Shown here: piece by piece, positions 1 to 9,162 of the stretch
Numbering within the stretch: position 1 is the first letter of the stretch
Layout: each line of letters opens with the position of its first letter
Assembly (NCBI GenBank): GCA_963840035.1
Contig: CAWIXE010000002.1
Span: 1,600,001 to 1,664,000 of the forward strand
Reading direction: 5' to 3'
Length of the DNA stretch: 64,000 nucleotides
From: a candidate division FCPU426 bacterium
GTDB lineage: Bacteria; Oederibacteriota; PGYV01; Palsa-1178
Translations under genes and position numbers: made by a program
Notes under the pieces: model-generated
Seen by the model: the letters and a program-made list of their open reading frames with translations, nothing else
Told to the model about the DNA's origin: nothing
Database searches by the model: none

Positions 1-38
1 TATGTTAGGCAATTAAATACGGGAAGGTGTCTAATTAT

Positions 39-224
39 TCATGAATTATAACAATTAAACAAAGGAATAAAATTTGTTCCATCATCATTGCAGTTTCCTA
101 AAACAATAACAACATCGGTTAGCGAACAAGTGCCAAATTCCACTTTTTCATTTAGAGCATATACAAAATTATAAACAAAAAATATAAAGAATGTTATAAT
201 GAAAAATTTGAAGAACCTTTTCAT
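39..224 (-). CDS. Short secreted protein, possibly truncated or frameshifted
   Basis: Signal-peptide-like N-terminus MKRFFKFFIITFFIFFVYNFVYA; ATGA overlap with the upstream gene stop; AT-rich region at the window edge. Confidence 0.5.
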   Translation of the reverse strand: MKRFFKFFIITFFIFFVYNFVYALNEKVEFGTCSLTDVVIVLGNCNDDGTNFIPLFNCYNS

Positions 225-1264
225 GATTTAATTGCTCCATTAGAATATTTAATAATTAAACCTGAGTTTTTGCCTAACCACAACTGGAAAATATTACCAT
301 CTTTACTTATATATATATCTTTGCGTGGTTTATAAGTAAATTCTTTCCTTAATTTTACGATATTAACAATATTTCCTTTTTTATTTATAACCATAATCAA
401 TCTCTCTTGTTTTGCTGATTCATAAAATTTATTCTCGGGTTTCATTAATTCCCATAACAAATATATAGTTCCATTTTTATCAATTCCAGAAAGAGAATCC
501 TTAGCCAAATAATATTCGCTGTTAATATCATTTACTAATGAATTTATGTTTAATTCAATCCAATCGTAACAATTTCCACTAATACACTTTTGTATTATTT
601 TTTTACTGTTGTTTTTAGCCGCATCTACAGGTATTATGATTTTATAATCTAATTTATCATCATTGTTATAATATCTTTCTTTTGTTTGTCTAACTTTATT
701 GCTTATTTCTTCGATTTCATTTTTTTCTTTTAACTTTTTGATTTTATTTTGTTTTTCTGTAAATAAATTATATGATTCCTTTTCGGTAAGTTTACGACTT
801 TTAATTTCAAAATCTGAATATGGTTTTACAACTACGATATTGCCATCATTTGTATCAATCAGATCATTACCATATCGGTCCCCTTCAAAATCAATTGGAA
901 AATTCTGACTTGTTTTTTCTTTGCTAATTTTTACAATACGACTATTAACGCTGTCCAATATATACATAGCATTATCCTTAACAATAAATGCGCTTGGACA
1001 AAAACTTCCACCCTTTACCCCCAATTCATTTTCTTTGGAACCATATTGTATTTCTGCAACTATAACACCTTTATCCTTGGCGTTTTCTTTGATCTTATTT
1101 ATTACAATTTTGGAAATATCAAGTTTGCTAACGGTGTTTTCATTGTTTGATTTAATGTTAGAATTTTCTTGTGCGTTGTTATATTGTGCTAAAACCAAAA
1201 TTAAAATAGAACAAATTAAGCATTTCTTCATCTTCCCCTCCATTATTTTTTCACCTTTATCCAT
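221..1264 (-). CDS. Secreted hypothetical protein, NHL/beta-propeller-like; likely start at MKKCLIC (~1231)
   Basis: 347-aa ORF, signal peptide, NHL-like segment PSAFIVKDNAMYILDSVNSRIVK; very low GC. Confidence 0.7.
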   Translation of the reverse strand: MDKGEKIMEGKMKKCLICSILILVLAQYNNAQENSNIKSNNENTVSKLDISKIVINKIKENAKDKGVIVAEIQYGSKENELGVKGGSFCPSAFIVKDNAMYILDSVNSRIVKISKEKTSQNFPIDFEGDRYGNDLIDTNDGNIVVVKPYSDFEIKSRKLTEKESYNLFTEKQNKIKKLKEKNEIEEISNKVRQTKERYYNNDDKLDYKIIIPVDAAKNNSKKIIQKCISGNCYDWIELNINSLVNDINSEYYLAKDSLSGIDKNGTIYLLWELMKPENKFYESAKQERLIMVINKKGNIVNIVKLRKEFTYKPRKDIYISKDGNIFQLWLGKNSGLIIKYSNGAIKS

Positions 1265-1387
1265 GTAAAGGCTGCTGGTTGGTTTATCGCTACATTACTA
1301 ATTTTTGTATTTGTGTATTGAGCGCGATTTGTTTGGACATTTTACCCCTTTAATTGCCTTACATATTTTAACCCTCTGTTAATTCAA

Positions 1388-1416
1388 ATTATAGCAGACA
1401 ATTCTTCTCTTTTCAA
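1388..1416 (-). promoter_or_regulatory. Sigma70-type promoter
   Basis: Minus strand TTGAAA-17 nt-TATAAT with extended -10 TGn. Confidence 0.65.
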
Positions 1417-1824
1417 CCCGAAAGATAAATTATTTTAAAAATTTTGAAATTTAACCGGAATTTTTGCATTCATTTCAAAAATTCACAAATTTTCCCGGAG
1501 TTCAGGGGCCTTATGCTCCTATAAAAATTTATAAATATCGTTTTTTCTATAAATAATTCTATAATTTTATGAAAAGCTGATAGACCCGGGGACAATTTCT
1601 GTACATTATAGCGCTATGCTAAACAATAAACGCAAATAATTGGAAAACCATGCGCGGAATGGATATTGATTTTTTTACATCACTTGCTTGATAATCTAAA
1701 CAGGTTCACGGTATATTTACATTTTGAAAACATTTTCAAATAACGATTTATTTCCCCGCTTTACTTCACCACAGAGGCGGTCTGGTTTGAGCTGAGCCCC
1801 GGCATAAAGATTGGATTTCCCTGT

Positions 1825-1977
1825 CGCGGGCGAGCCATCGGCTCGCCCCTACGAACCTAAAATTAATCTCACCGTTGCGGGCCGCCACATGGGGCGGCCC
1901 CTACAGGGGTTGTAAATATTTATGACAACACAAAAACAAATCCAACCTTGCGGGCGGACACATATTCCGCCCCTACG
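1825..1977 (-). repeat. Three GTAG-type REP palindromes
   Basis: Minus strand GTAGGGGCGAGCCGATGGCTCGCCC, GTAGGGGCCGCCCCATGTGGCGGCCC, GTAGGGGCGGAATATGTGTCCGCCC. Confidence 0.8.
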
Positions 1978-2009
1978 GGGTTAGTAATTTTGGTTTGTAC
2001 TTCCGGCTT

Positions 2010-2140
2010 CATCCCCTCTCCCTCGATGGGAGAGGGTGCTGCAGCAGCTGATACCTTGGCAATACCTCGAGGTTGTGCCGCAGGGATAGCCGCTACAGCA
2101 CCCCCCATCCCATCCTTCCCCCTTGAAGGGGGAAGGGGAA
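2010..2140. repeat. CCCTCTCCC/GGGAGAGGG-family composite palindromic element
   Basis: Hairpins CCCTCTCCC-tcgat-GGGAGAGGG and CCTTCCCCC-ttgaa-GGGGGAAGG plus an inner inverted repeat GGTGCTG..CAGCACC; resembles 48279-48575. Confidence 0.65.
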
Positions 2141-2159
2141 GATCTGTTTAAATCTAAAA

Positions 2160-2190
2160 TAAAAAGGCGGGGTTTATCCCCGCCATTTTT
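2160..2190 (-). terminator. Intrinsic terminator after the 2213..3037 gene
   Basis: GGCGGGG-ataaa-CCCCGCC followed by a T-run on the minus strand. Confidence 0.7.
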
Positions 2191-2212
2191 ATTTTTTGTA
2201 AATAGCAAATTT

Positions 2213-3037
2213 CTACTTTATTACAACATCAAACGATATACTGTCCTGTATGGCAAATCCCCCGTCCGGGTGGTTGTAGTAGGCCCTGACTTCGTATTTG
2301 CCGGCTGCCTGTCCCGGGACCGGGAAGACTCCGTCTTTTGCCCCGTTTATGTACTGCCAGTTCCCCCAGTAATTTGCAGGCACGCCTGCAGGTACCACGC
2401 TTATCCAGTCTGACTGGTTTCCCGGCATGTCATGGAACCTCACGCTGAAGCCCTCGCCCACTTCATATACTTTTTTATCCAGTTCAAAATGTTTGGTCCA
2501 GAGCCCTTTTTCATGGCCGTGATTTTCCCTGTGCTGCGGAGCCTGCTCTACGCGTTCCCCTGATTGACCGCCGATGGTTAAATCCCTCTGCTTTTTTGCC
2601 TGGAACTTTACCGACCACATGGTGCCGCCTTCCTCATACACTGTCATCTTTATGTACGCGTCAATTTCGGCGTCTTTCCACAAAAGCGGTATCTCGCCTT
2701 TAAAATCCTCTTCGCCGTCCTGGGACAGTACTACCTTTGCGCCGACAGGCTCTAAAATCTCAACCTTCGGGTAAGGAAAAAGAGCCTTATTGTAACTTAC
2801 CGGGATTACCCTGCCGTCTGATAATTCTATCCCGTCCTCGGCCATAACCGCCTTTAACGTTTTCCAGCCCTTTGAAACCTGTTTCTTAACATGCTTTTTC
2901 TGTACCGGCCGGTCCTCCATCTGAAGCGCGCTGTCCATTCCTTCCACTCCAAGGTTCATGTTGATGCTTACCTGCTTTCCGTACGAAAACACTGCCAGAG
3001 CTACTGATAAAACAACTGCAATTCCGGTCTTTTTCAT
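2213..3037 (-). CDS. Secreted protein with C-terminal Ig-like domain
   Basis: Signal peptide, AAGGAGG RBS, C-terminal DWISVVPAG..WQY..GKYEVRAYY beta-sandwich pattern. Confidence 0.75.
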   Translation of the reverse strand: MKKTGIAVVLSVALAVFSYGKQVSINMNLGVEGMDSALQMEDRPVQKKHVKKQVSKGWKTLKAVMAEDGIELSDGRVIPVSYNKALFPYPKVEILEPVGAKVVLSQDGEEDFKGEIPLLWKDAEIDAYIKMTVYEEGGTMWSVKFQAKKQRDLTIGGQSGERVEQAPQHRENHGHEKGLWTKHFELDKKVYEVGEGFSVRFHDMPGNQSDWISVVPAGVPANYWGNWQYINGAKDGVFPVPGQAAGKYEVRAYYNHPDGGFAIQDSISFDVVIK

Positions 3038-3075
3038 CTTCGTCCTCCTTTAGTATATTGAAAACCTATATTTCA

Positions 3076-3089
3076 TTTTACCGGTAAAA
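3076..3089. promoter_or_regulatory. Putative LacI-family operator
   Basis: Perfect palindrome TTTTACCGGTAAAA with central CG; repeated at 4204. Confidence 0.7.
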
Positions 3090-3154
3090 CAAAAGCTTAA
3101 AAAAAACATTTTTATTGCTCTTATATGATTAGACGCTTAGCCCGGCTAATTTGT

Positions 3155-4183
3155 TTACGCTGATTCCCTTACTATTAATTCAGGATTAAAAACAACATCT
3201 TTATCCTTATCCAGCCCGCCGTCTATGGCGGCTATGGCTATGTCAAAAGCCTCCCTGCCCATCTGAATTATAGGCTGCTTAACGGTCGTTAAAGCCGGCT
3301 TCACAAGCTTTGAAAAAATAAGGTCGTCATACCCGATAAGTGAAATATCTTTTGGTATCTTTACACCGCGCGCGGCCGCCTGCTCCATGAATCCCAGCGC
3401 AGTCATGTCGCCCGCCGGACAGAAAACCGCGTCAGGCTTTAACCCGCGGTCAAGATAGCTGTTCAGCGCGTCCTTACCTTCCTCATACGAAAAAGTATGC
3501 GCGGGCATGAGAAGCGCCGGGTCGTGCTTTATACCGTAATCCTTTAACGCCTTCATGTACCCGTCATAGCGCTCAGCAGCTGACGTATAAACTTCTACAT
3601 CCTCAAACATCGGCGTTAAATCCGCGGAAATCAGCCCTATCCTTTTCTTTCCCTTTTTTATCAGGTACTCCGTGGCCTTATATGCCCCCGCAAAACTGTC
3701 CGTTTTTATGGAATGGGCGCCTTTCACCTTTTGTTCAACAACAATCATGGGAACGCCTTTATTCTTAAAATCCTTTACCATACTTTCAGATGGCTTTATA
3801 CCAAGCAAAATTATGGCCCTTGCCTGCTTTCCGTAAAGTATTTCCTCGAGCATGTTTTCACCTACCCGCGGGGATTTTCTTGTGGATACCGGCTCTATGG
3901 AGTAATCATACCTGTTTAAATCATATGCCTGGGTTTCAATGCCTTCGAGTATACCCGAAATAAACGGCGAGACAAGCATAACGCTGACCACGCTAATGAC
4001 ATTTGAACTGCCTTTAGCAAGCCCGCGTGCCGCGGCGCTCGGATGGAAATTCATGTCCTTAATGACCTTCGTGACTTTATCGCGTGTCTCAGGGGTGATT
4101 CGCGGGTCATTATTAAAAACCATGGAAACGGTGGTATGTGATACACCGGCTTTTTTTGCCACATCCCTGATTGTAATTTTCAT
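3155..4183 (-). CDS. LacI-family transcriptional regulator
   Basis: TIRDVAKKAGVSHTTVS HTH, hinge AARGL, IPKDISLIGYDD, PALTTVKQP, LIVRES. Confidence 0.95.
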   Translation of the reverse strand: MKITIRDVAKKAGVSHTTVSMVFNNDPRITPETRDKVTKVIKDMNFHPSAAARGLAKGSSNVISVVSVMLVSPFISGILEGIETQAYDLNRYDYSIEPVSTRKSPRVGENMLEEILYGKQARAIILLGIKPSESMVKDFKNKGVPMIVVEQKVKGAHSIKTDSFAGAYKATEYLIKKGKKRIGLISADLTPMFEDVEVYTSAAERYDGYMKALKDYGIKHDPALLMPAHTFSYEEGKDALNSYLDRGLKPDAVFCPAGDMTALGFMEQAAARGVKIPKDISLIGYDDLIFSKLVKPALTTVKQPIIQMGREAFDIAIAAIDGGLDKDKDVVFNPELIVRESA

Positions 4184-4203
4184 TTTTTCTCCCGCTTTTT
4201 ATG

Positions 4204-4215
4204 TTTACCGGTAAA
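4204..4215. promoter_or_regulatory. Putative LacI autoregulatory operator
   Basis: TTTACCGGTAAA palindrome about 20 nt upstream of the lacI start. Confidence 0.7.
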
Positions 4216-4300
4216 ACAACAATTCAAAAAAAAACTTAAACCATAAAATTTAGACGCAATTGACTCAAAAAAGTTACGCATTAATTTTGCGCCGTATGCC

Positions 4301-5536
4301 CTATTGCACTTTGGGTTTCCTTCCAAAGAAATTGATTACCCCATATAAAACCAGCGCCAGGCCGGCTATCAGCATCACGTCTTCTTCTATCATGAACTTT
4401 ATGAGGAACCCGGCTATGGCCGAGGCTATGAGCGGGCCGATGTTTCTGAATATGTAATATGAGGAAAATATCCTGCCCCTCATGTCTTCGGGCGTGTCCC
4501 TCTGGACCACGGTCTCCGCAATGCTTAAAAGCATGACTCCTGCCATACCGCCCAGAAACGCGCAGCACAAAAGGTAATAGTAATTATTAAAAAAGTACAA
4601 TCCCACTATAAAAAACCCCATCACCGGGAACACTGTCCTGATCAGGACAGTATCGGATACTTTTTTCAGCACTTTTTCTATGACTATCACTCCCAGCACA
4701 AGCCCCAGGCCGAGCGCGCCCTGCATAAACCCGAGTGCCGTGATTGTTTTTATGCCTATTTTGCTCGCCTTCATTATCTGCTCCAGCACGCCGCCGGTTA
4801 AACTTATGTAGAAGACTATGACGCTTATCATCATGATGAACACCCTGCGTGTTACGAACATCACACTTTCCTGCTTCCACATGAACTTAAAACCCGTAAC
4901 CAGCTCCTCGATAATCTTGCCGAAAGACTCTATCTGCTTGCGCTCCACCAGCGTTTCTTTGGCATTAATAAATATTATAAAAAGCGTGGCGGGCAGGTAA
5001 AGAATGGCGGAAAGTAAAAGCACGCTGTCCGCGTCAAATTCCGCGATAAGCAATCCTGCAACCGCGTATGAAAGTATCTGGGTGATTATCATTGCCGTGG
5101 CTGATATGGAGTTCGCGCGCACAAGATCCTCTTTGTTGCCGACGACATCCGGGACATATGATGATTTCGCTGGTATAAAAAACTGCGTGGCAAAAGACTT
5201 CATAAAAACAAGAGCGTAAAGAACGGGCATCCTGCCCGGTTCATGCAGGAAAAGAAATATGAAAAATATGAATGAACCCTTCACTGCGGTCGCTATCATG
5301 AGAAGGTTTTTCCTCCTGAACCGGTCTATGATGACCCCTGAAAACGGGGCAACGAGGATGATGGGTACGCCAATCCAGAAAAGCAGGATGGTCATGTTTG
5401 TGGTGGAGGAGTGTGCGCCCGGCATGGCCATAACCCAGGCAATCAAAGCCATCAGCGTTAAGCTGTCGCCTATCTGCTCTATGGTCTGTACAAGCATTAA
5501 AAACGAAAAGTTCCTGTTAATAAGAGGGTTTTTCAT
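4301..5536 (-). CDS. MFS transporter (DHA3/MFS_3-like)
   Basis: About 12 hydrophobic segments, motif A GVIIDRFRRK, QRDTPEDMRGRI. Confidence 0.9.
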   Translation of the reverse strand: MKNPLINRNFSFLMLVQTIEQIGDSLTLMALIAWVMAMPGAHSSTTNMTILLFWIGVPIILVAPFSGVIIDRFRRKNLLMIATAVKGSFIFFIFLFLHEPGRMPVLYALVFMKSFATQFFIPAKSSYVPDVVGNKEDLVRANSISATAMIITQILSYAVAGLLIAEFDADSVLLLSAILYLPATLFIIFINAKETLVERKQIESFGKIIEELVTGFKFMWKQESVMFVTRRVFIMMISVIVFYISLTGGVLEQIMKASKIGIKTITALGFMQGALGLGLVLGVIVIEKVLKKVSDTVLIRTVFPVMGFFIVGLYFFNNYYYLLCCAFLGGMAGVMLLSIAETVVQRDTPEDMRGRIFSSYYIFRNIGPLIASAIAGFLIKFMIEEDVMLIAGLALVLYGVINFFGRKPKVQ

Positions 5537-5624
5537 AGTTTCCCTTCCAAAAAGTTTTATACTTTCCGTTCGAGAATAATATCATATAAATGGTAATATA
5601 TCCATATTATTTTGATTTTGACAC

Positions 5625-6467
5625 TTAAACGGTGTATTTTGCTATGGATATTATTGTTGAAAGCAGGAGCGAGACAAAAAGGTATATGCTGATTGCGTAA
5701 CCCACGTCAGAGAACATTTCCTTCCTTATTTTTAGCCTGGCATTAAGTATCTTGTCCAGAAAAAGCGGTATTACCACCACAAAGGCCGTGCCGCACACTA
5801 TAAATGCCAGCCATGTAAGGAAAATGGATTTCTCAAGCCCCGCCGGCAGTTTTGGAAGCAGCGGGTAAATGACAACATTGCTTAATATAATGAAAACAAT
5901 TATTGAAACAGGCAGTATGAGGAAAAAGTACAGTTTTTTAATTATCGTCTTGTTCGCTTTTTTCGCGTCGACTATGGAATCGGCCGAGCCGGTCCTGTTT
6001 AAGGATTTATACTGCTTTAAAAAGAGGTTTGTCGCCCATATCTCAAACTTTATAAATGTCCCTGATACTTCGTTATACATATAAACCCCGTAAGCCACAG
6101 CCCAGAAGAACAGCCAGAAATAATCCTTCAACACCCAGGCTGAGTGGGCAAATATCACGGTGGCGATGGAAACGCAGAATAATATGACCGTGTCAACCTG
6201 GGTTAAGTATACGGAGATCCTCTCGCAGAAGCGGTAAAAAACATACTGGCCCATGATGTCCTCAAGTTCCTGTTTCTGCTTGTTTAAAGTCTTAACCAGC
6301 AGTTCATCCTGCCCGTAGATGGCGGAGTCAGTGGTGTAGCGCTCAATCCTCTCGGTGATCCTGTCATAATAGCCCCAGAACCCTTCCTTGAGGTGGTCAA
6401 AAACACCCATAATAATCTCGTATATCATTATGAAGAGAAGCCAGAGAAGGAAAAAATAAACCGCCAA
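5625..6467 (-). CDS. Hypothetical multi-pass membrane protein
   Basis: 280-aa ORF, TTG start after AGGGG, several hydrophobic segments. Confidence 0.7.
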   Translation of the reverse strand: MAVYFFLLWLLFIMIYEIIMGVFDHLKEGFWGYYDRITERIERYTTDSAIYGQDELLVKTLNKQKQELEDIMGQYVFYRFCERISVYLTQVDTVILFCVSIATVIFAHSAWVLKDYFWLFFWAVAYGVYMYNEVSGTFIKFEIWATNLFLKQYKSLNRTGSADSIVDAKKANKTIIKKLYFFLILPVSIIVFIILSNVVIYPLLPKLPAGLEKSIFLTWLAFIVCGTAFVVVIPLFLDKILNARLKIRKEMFSDVGYAISIYLFVSLLLSTIISIAKYTV

Positions 6468-6485
6468 TTTAAAACCCCTTGTTGA

Positions 6486-6570
6486 TTTTCAATTCTGAAT
6501 TTTCAATTTTCAATTAAAATCGAAAAATACCGGCTTCAATTGAAAATTCAAAATTGAAAATAGAAAATTT
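6486..6570. repeat. Inverted pair of heptamer arrays (TTTTCAA / TTGAAAA)
   Basis: ttttcaa ttctgaa ttttcaa ttttcaa ... ttgaaaa ttcaaaa ttgaaaa tagaaaa; abuts the stop of 6569..6886. Confidence 0.75.
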
Positions 6571-6886
6571 ACTTACACGGCACATCATATAAATCCCTTA
6601 AATACTTCACAGCCTTTACCCGTTCTTCTTTTGTGGCTTTTTCCATGTAGCATACCGCCACCGCTACCGTTCCTATGCCGTGGCATCCTTTGGTCCAGCA
6701 CACCACATTTTTGCTTGTCGTCGCGTGCGTCATGACTTTGTCAGACTCCTGCACATCAAGCAGATAGTACCTGGCGTCAACTTTGATATCCTTGCATAAT
6801 ACTATGTAAACGCCCGCCATATCGCGCATCTGCCTTGTAGAGCTGTATGGGCCTTCAAAATCGTAAGTTCCGAATTTTAATGACAT
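6569..6886 (-). CDS. Small protein, degenerate GIY-YIG-like
   Basis: AGVYIVLC...YYLLDVQES pattern; co-oriented with neighbours. Confidence 0.55.
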   Translation of the reverse strand: MSLKFGTYDFEGPYSSTRQMRDMAGVYIVLCKDIKVDARYYLLDVQESDKVMTHATTSKNVVCWTKGCHGIGTVAVAVCYMEKATKEERVKAVKYLRDLYDVPCK

Positions 6887-6898
6887 TTTATCCCCCGC

Positions 6899-7312
6899 CT
6901 ATTTGATCTTTCCCCTTAAAAATACGGCCAGCCTGCTGTCCGTAACCTTCATGTGTTCAAAAAACACTTCAGCTACCTTATTGCTTTCCTCATATACTTC
7001 GGAGGCTTTTATCTTGCCTTCGTTAAAAAGACCCCTGACACGCGCCATATCAGTCATGATAGCGTCGTGTATTTTCTTGTGGTTTAAGTACTCCGGGTAC
7101 CTGTAAAGCGTCATGTATCCCTCTTCCGTCTTAAAGTGTTCCTCGGAATAGACCTCAAAGAACTTTATCGCTTCTATTATTTCTTCCTTTGACTTTTTCG
7201 CCTCCACAGCCTCGCCTATCTCATTTATCTTCCTGATCATCTTCCTGTGCTGTACATCTATCTCCCCTATGCCAACCGAGAGGTCCGGCGTCCATTCCAT
7301 ATGCATGTACAT
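6899..7312 (-). CDS. Bacteriohemerythrin
   Basis: WTPDLSVGIGEIDVQHR, HFKTEE, HKKIH, HMKVTD iron-ligand motifs. Confidence 0.9.
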   Translation of the reverse strand: MYMHMEWTPDLSVGIGEIDVQHRKMIRKINEIGEAVEAKKSKEEIIEAIKFFEVYSEEHFKTEEGYMTLYRYPEYLNHKKIHDAIMTDMARVRGLFNEGKIKASEVYEESNKVAEVFFEHMKVTDSRLAVFLRGKIK

Positions 7313-7316
7313 ATCA

Positions 7317-7766
7317 TCACTCCTTGAATTTTCTTAAAAGCCTGTAGCCTGTAAAAGGCATGTCCGAACTGTTCAGCGACGACACAGTATAACCGCCCTT
7401 TCCGTCGCTTGAAAGGGTTATTTTCTGGTAGGTAATACCGGTGTCAAAAAGCACGCTGTAAAACACCTCAATATCACGGGAGCCGCCGTCAAAAAAATAG
7501 GCTTCCGGCTTGACACCCTGGAATTTTCCATATTTTTTAATAAGGGTCATCTGCTGCTTTTTCAGCAAACCCTCTTCCGTGTGCTTCCTGTAATTTTCAT
7601 TTGTCATGCGGTAACACGCGTCAAAATCCTGGATCCTGTAAAGGTACGCGAAGAAATTATCCGCTGTCTGCCTGGCTTTTTCCGGGTTGTGCATGAATAT
7701 CAGCCCGCAGCCCGCGATTAAAAAACACAACAGCGCTATGATGCCCGTAGTTATTGTCCGTACCAT
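7317..7766 (-). CDS. Lipoprotein, NTF2/DUF4019-like
   Basis: Lipobox IAGC; overlaps the upstream gene stop. Confidence 0.6.
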   Translation of the reverse strand: MVRTITTGIIALLCFLIAGCGLIFMHNPEKARQTADNFFAYLYRIQDFDACYRMTNENYRKHTEEGLLKKQQMTLIKKYGKFQGVKPEAYFFDGGSRDIEVFYSVLFDTGITYQKITLSSDGKGGYTVSSLNSSDMPFTGYRLLRKFKE

Positions 7767-8755
7767 ATGTCCCTCTTTATCTTTCTTTCATCCCTGCCGC
7801 AGATGAACCATATTTTTTCCTGAAACGCCACGGCGGCGTGCCCGTACCTCGGCCCAAACTCCGCCTTTGCCGTGGTTGAAACCCAGTAATAACCGTTCAC
7901 GCTCCACCACATATCGGAAAAAGGCCTGCCCTTGTCGTCCATTCCGCCTGAGACCCACATCCTGTCCTTATAAACAAACGGCGTGAAATCATATCTGGGG
8001 GTTATGCCAGCGTTTACCGTGGCCGCGCTCCAGTCAACGCCGTTATCGGAATTCCATACGTCAGTCCTTAATTTTCCGTCCTTATCCTTGCCGAAGAAGA
8101 CCCACATTTTATTCTTGTAATAAAGCGCCCCATGTCCGCTGCGCGGCGTCCATCCTTTATCATTATCTTCCTTTAACTTTTTCCATGCCTTTCCATCCTT
8201 TGAAGACCAAACGTCATTATGAGGTTCCTTCATATCACTGCCGCCCGTGGCAACAATAGCCGCATTTCCCACAAAAATTCCCGCGCCCGACCTGCCGCCG
8301 TAAGGAAGCGCCGCAGCTGCGGTCCAGCTTACAGCGTCGGCGGAATACCATACGTCGTCAAGGTAGCCAACAGTTTTATCAAATTCACCAATACCGCCAA
8401 AAATCCAGAGCTTTTTATCATATTCAAAGACGGAATGATTTGACCTGGCTTTAAACGGCATTACCGCCTTTACATTTTTCCAGCGCTCGCAGTCATCGGT
8501 ATACCAGACGTCGTTTGCCGTCCCTGAAACGGTCATGCCGCCGATGACATATATCCTGTTATTAAACGCCGCAGCGCCGATATCATACCGGGGTGAAAAA
8601 TCACAGTACCTCTCGCCCTGTGTAAACACGGACATCTCAGGAGCCGGAGTAGGAACAGTACCGACATAACTGTTAGCCTGTGTGGGGTTATTAAGCTTAG
8701 AACACCCGCAAGCCACAAGGCAGAGTAAGGCTATTATGTATATGGTTTTTTTCAT
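7751..8755 (-). CDS. Kelch-repeat beta-propeller lipoprotein
   Basis: Lipobox-like ACGC; six repeats of R..H....(Y/W)V.GG......DVW. Confidence 0.9.
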   Translation of the reverse strand: MKKTIYIIALLCLVACGCSKLNNPTQANSYVGTVPTPAPEMSVFTQGERYCDFSPRYDIGAAAFNNRIYVIGGMTVSGTANDVWYTDDCERWKNVKAVMPFKARSNHSVFEYDKKLWIFGGIGEFDKTVGYLDDVWYSADAVSWTAAAALPYGGRSGAGIFVGNAAIVATGGSDMKEPHNDVWSSKDGKAWKKLKEDNDKGWTPRSGHGALYYKNKMWVFFGKDKDGKLRTDVWNSDNGVDWSAATVNAGITPRYDFTPFVYKDRMWVSGGMDDKGRPFSDMWWSVNGYYWVSTTAKAEFGPRYGHAAVAFQEKIWFICGRDERKIKRDIWYGQ

Positions 8756-8817
8756 AGTGATGTATTATATAACAATTAACTACAATTGGCAATTGTCGAT
8801 TGCACCTTAGGGTTTTA

Positions 8818-9121
8818 GTAGAGAGGGGGCTTGCCCCCTCTCGCCTTTCAACGTAGAGAGCCAGCAAGCCGACTCTCTACAAAAACCAGCACCGGAACAT
8901 ACAGGTTAACTCAGTTTTAGTAGTCGCAGGCCTGCGTTTTACCGGCCTGCGCCTAAAGACGGCATTCATCGTAACAAACCTTCGACAGTTCGCTCGAGGG
9001 TGCGTCAATGGTATGCTTGCAGGCAATCCTTATATAGGCGCACCCCGGTGGGGCGAAGGGGTGCGACTACGAAAGACCAATCAACCGCCAACCTCTGAGC
9101 CGCAGCAAGCAGCGGCTCTAC
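8818..9121. repeat. Cluster of GTAG/CTAC-ended REP-like hairpins
   Basis: GTAGAGAGGGGGcttgCCCCCTCTC, GTAGAGAG..CTCTCTAC, GTAGTCGCAGGCC..GGCCTGCG, CGCACCCC..GGGGTGCGACTAC, GAGCCGC..GCGGCTCTAC. Confidence 0.7.
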
Positions 9122-9162
9122 GAAAGGTTAAGAGCAGGATTTTTTTGGGATATGTGATTGCC

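Noticed and set aside
1..41. TGA read-through or an alternative genetic code at the end of 39..224
   Set aside because: The frame stays open only 12 more codons to the window edge, and TGA is a normal stop elsewhere (lexA, ACT gene, alkD).
1920..2208. Short ORFs in the repeat cluster
   Set aside because: They translate palindromic elements; no coding signals.
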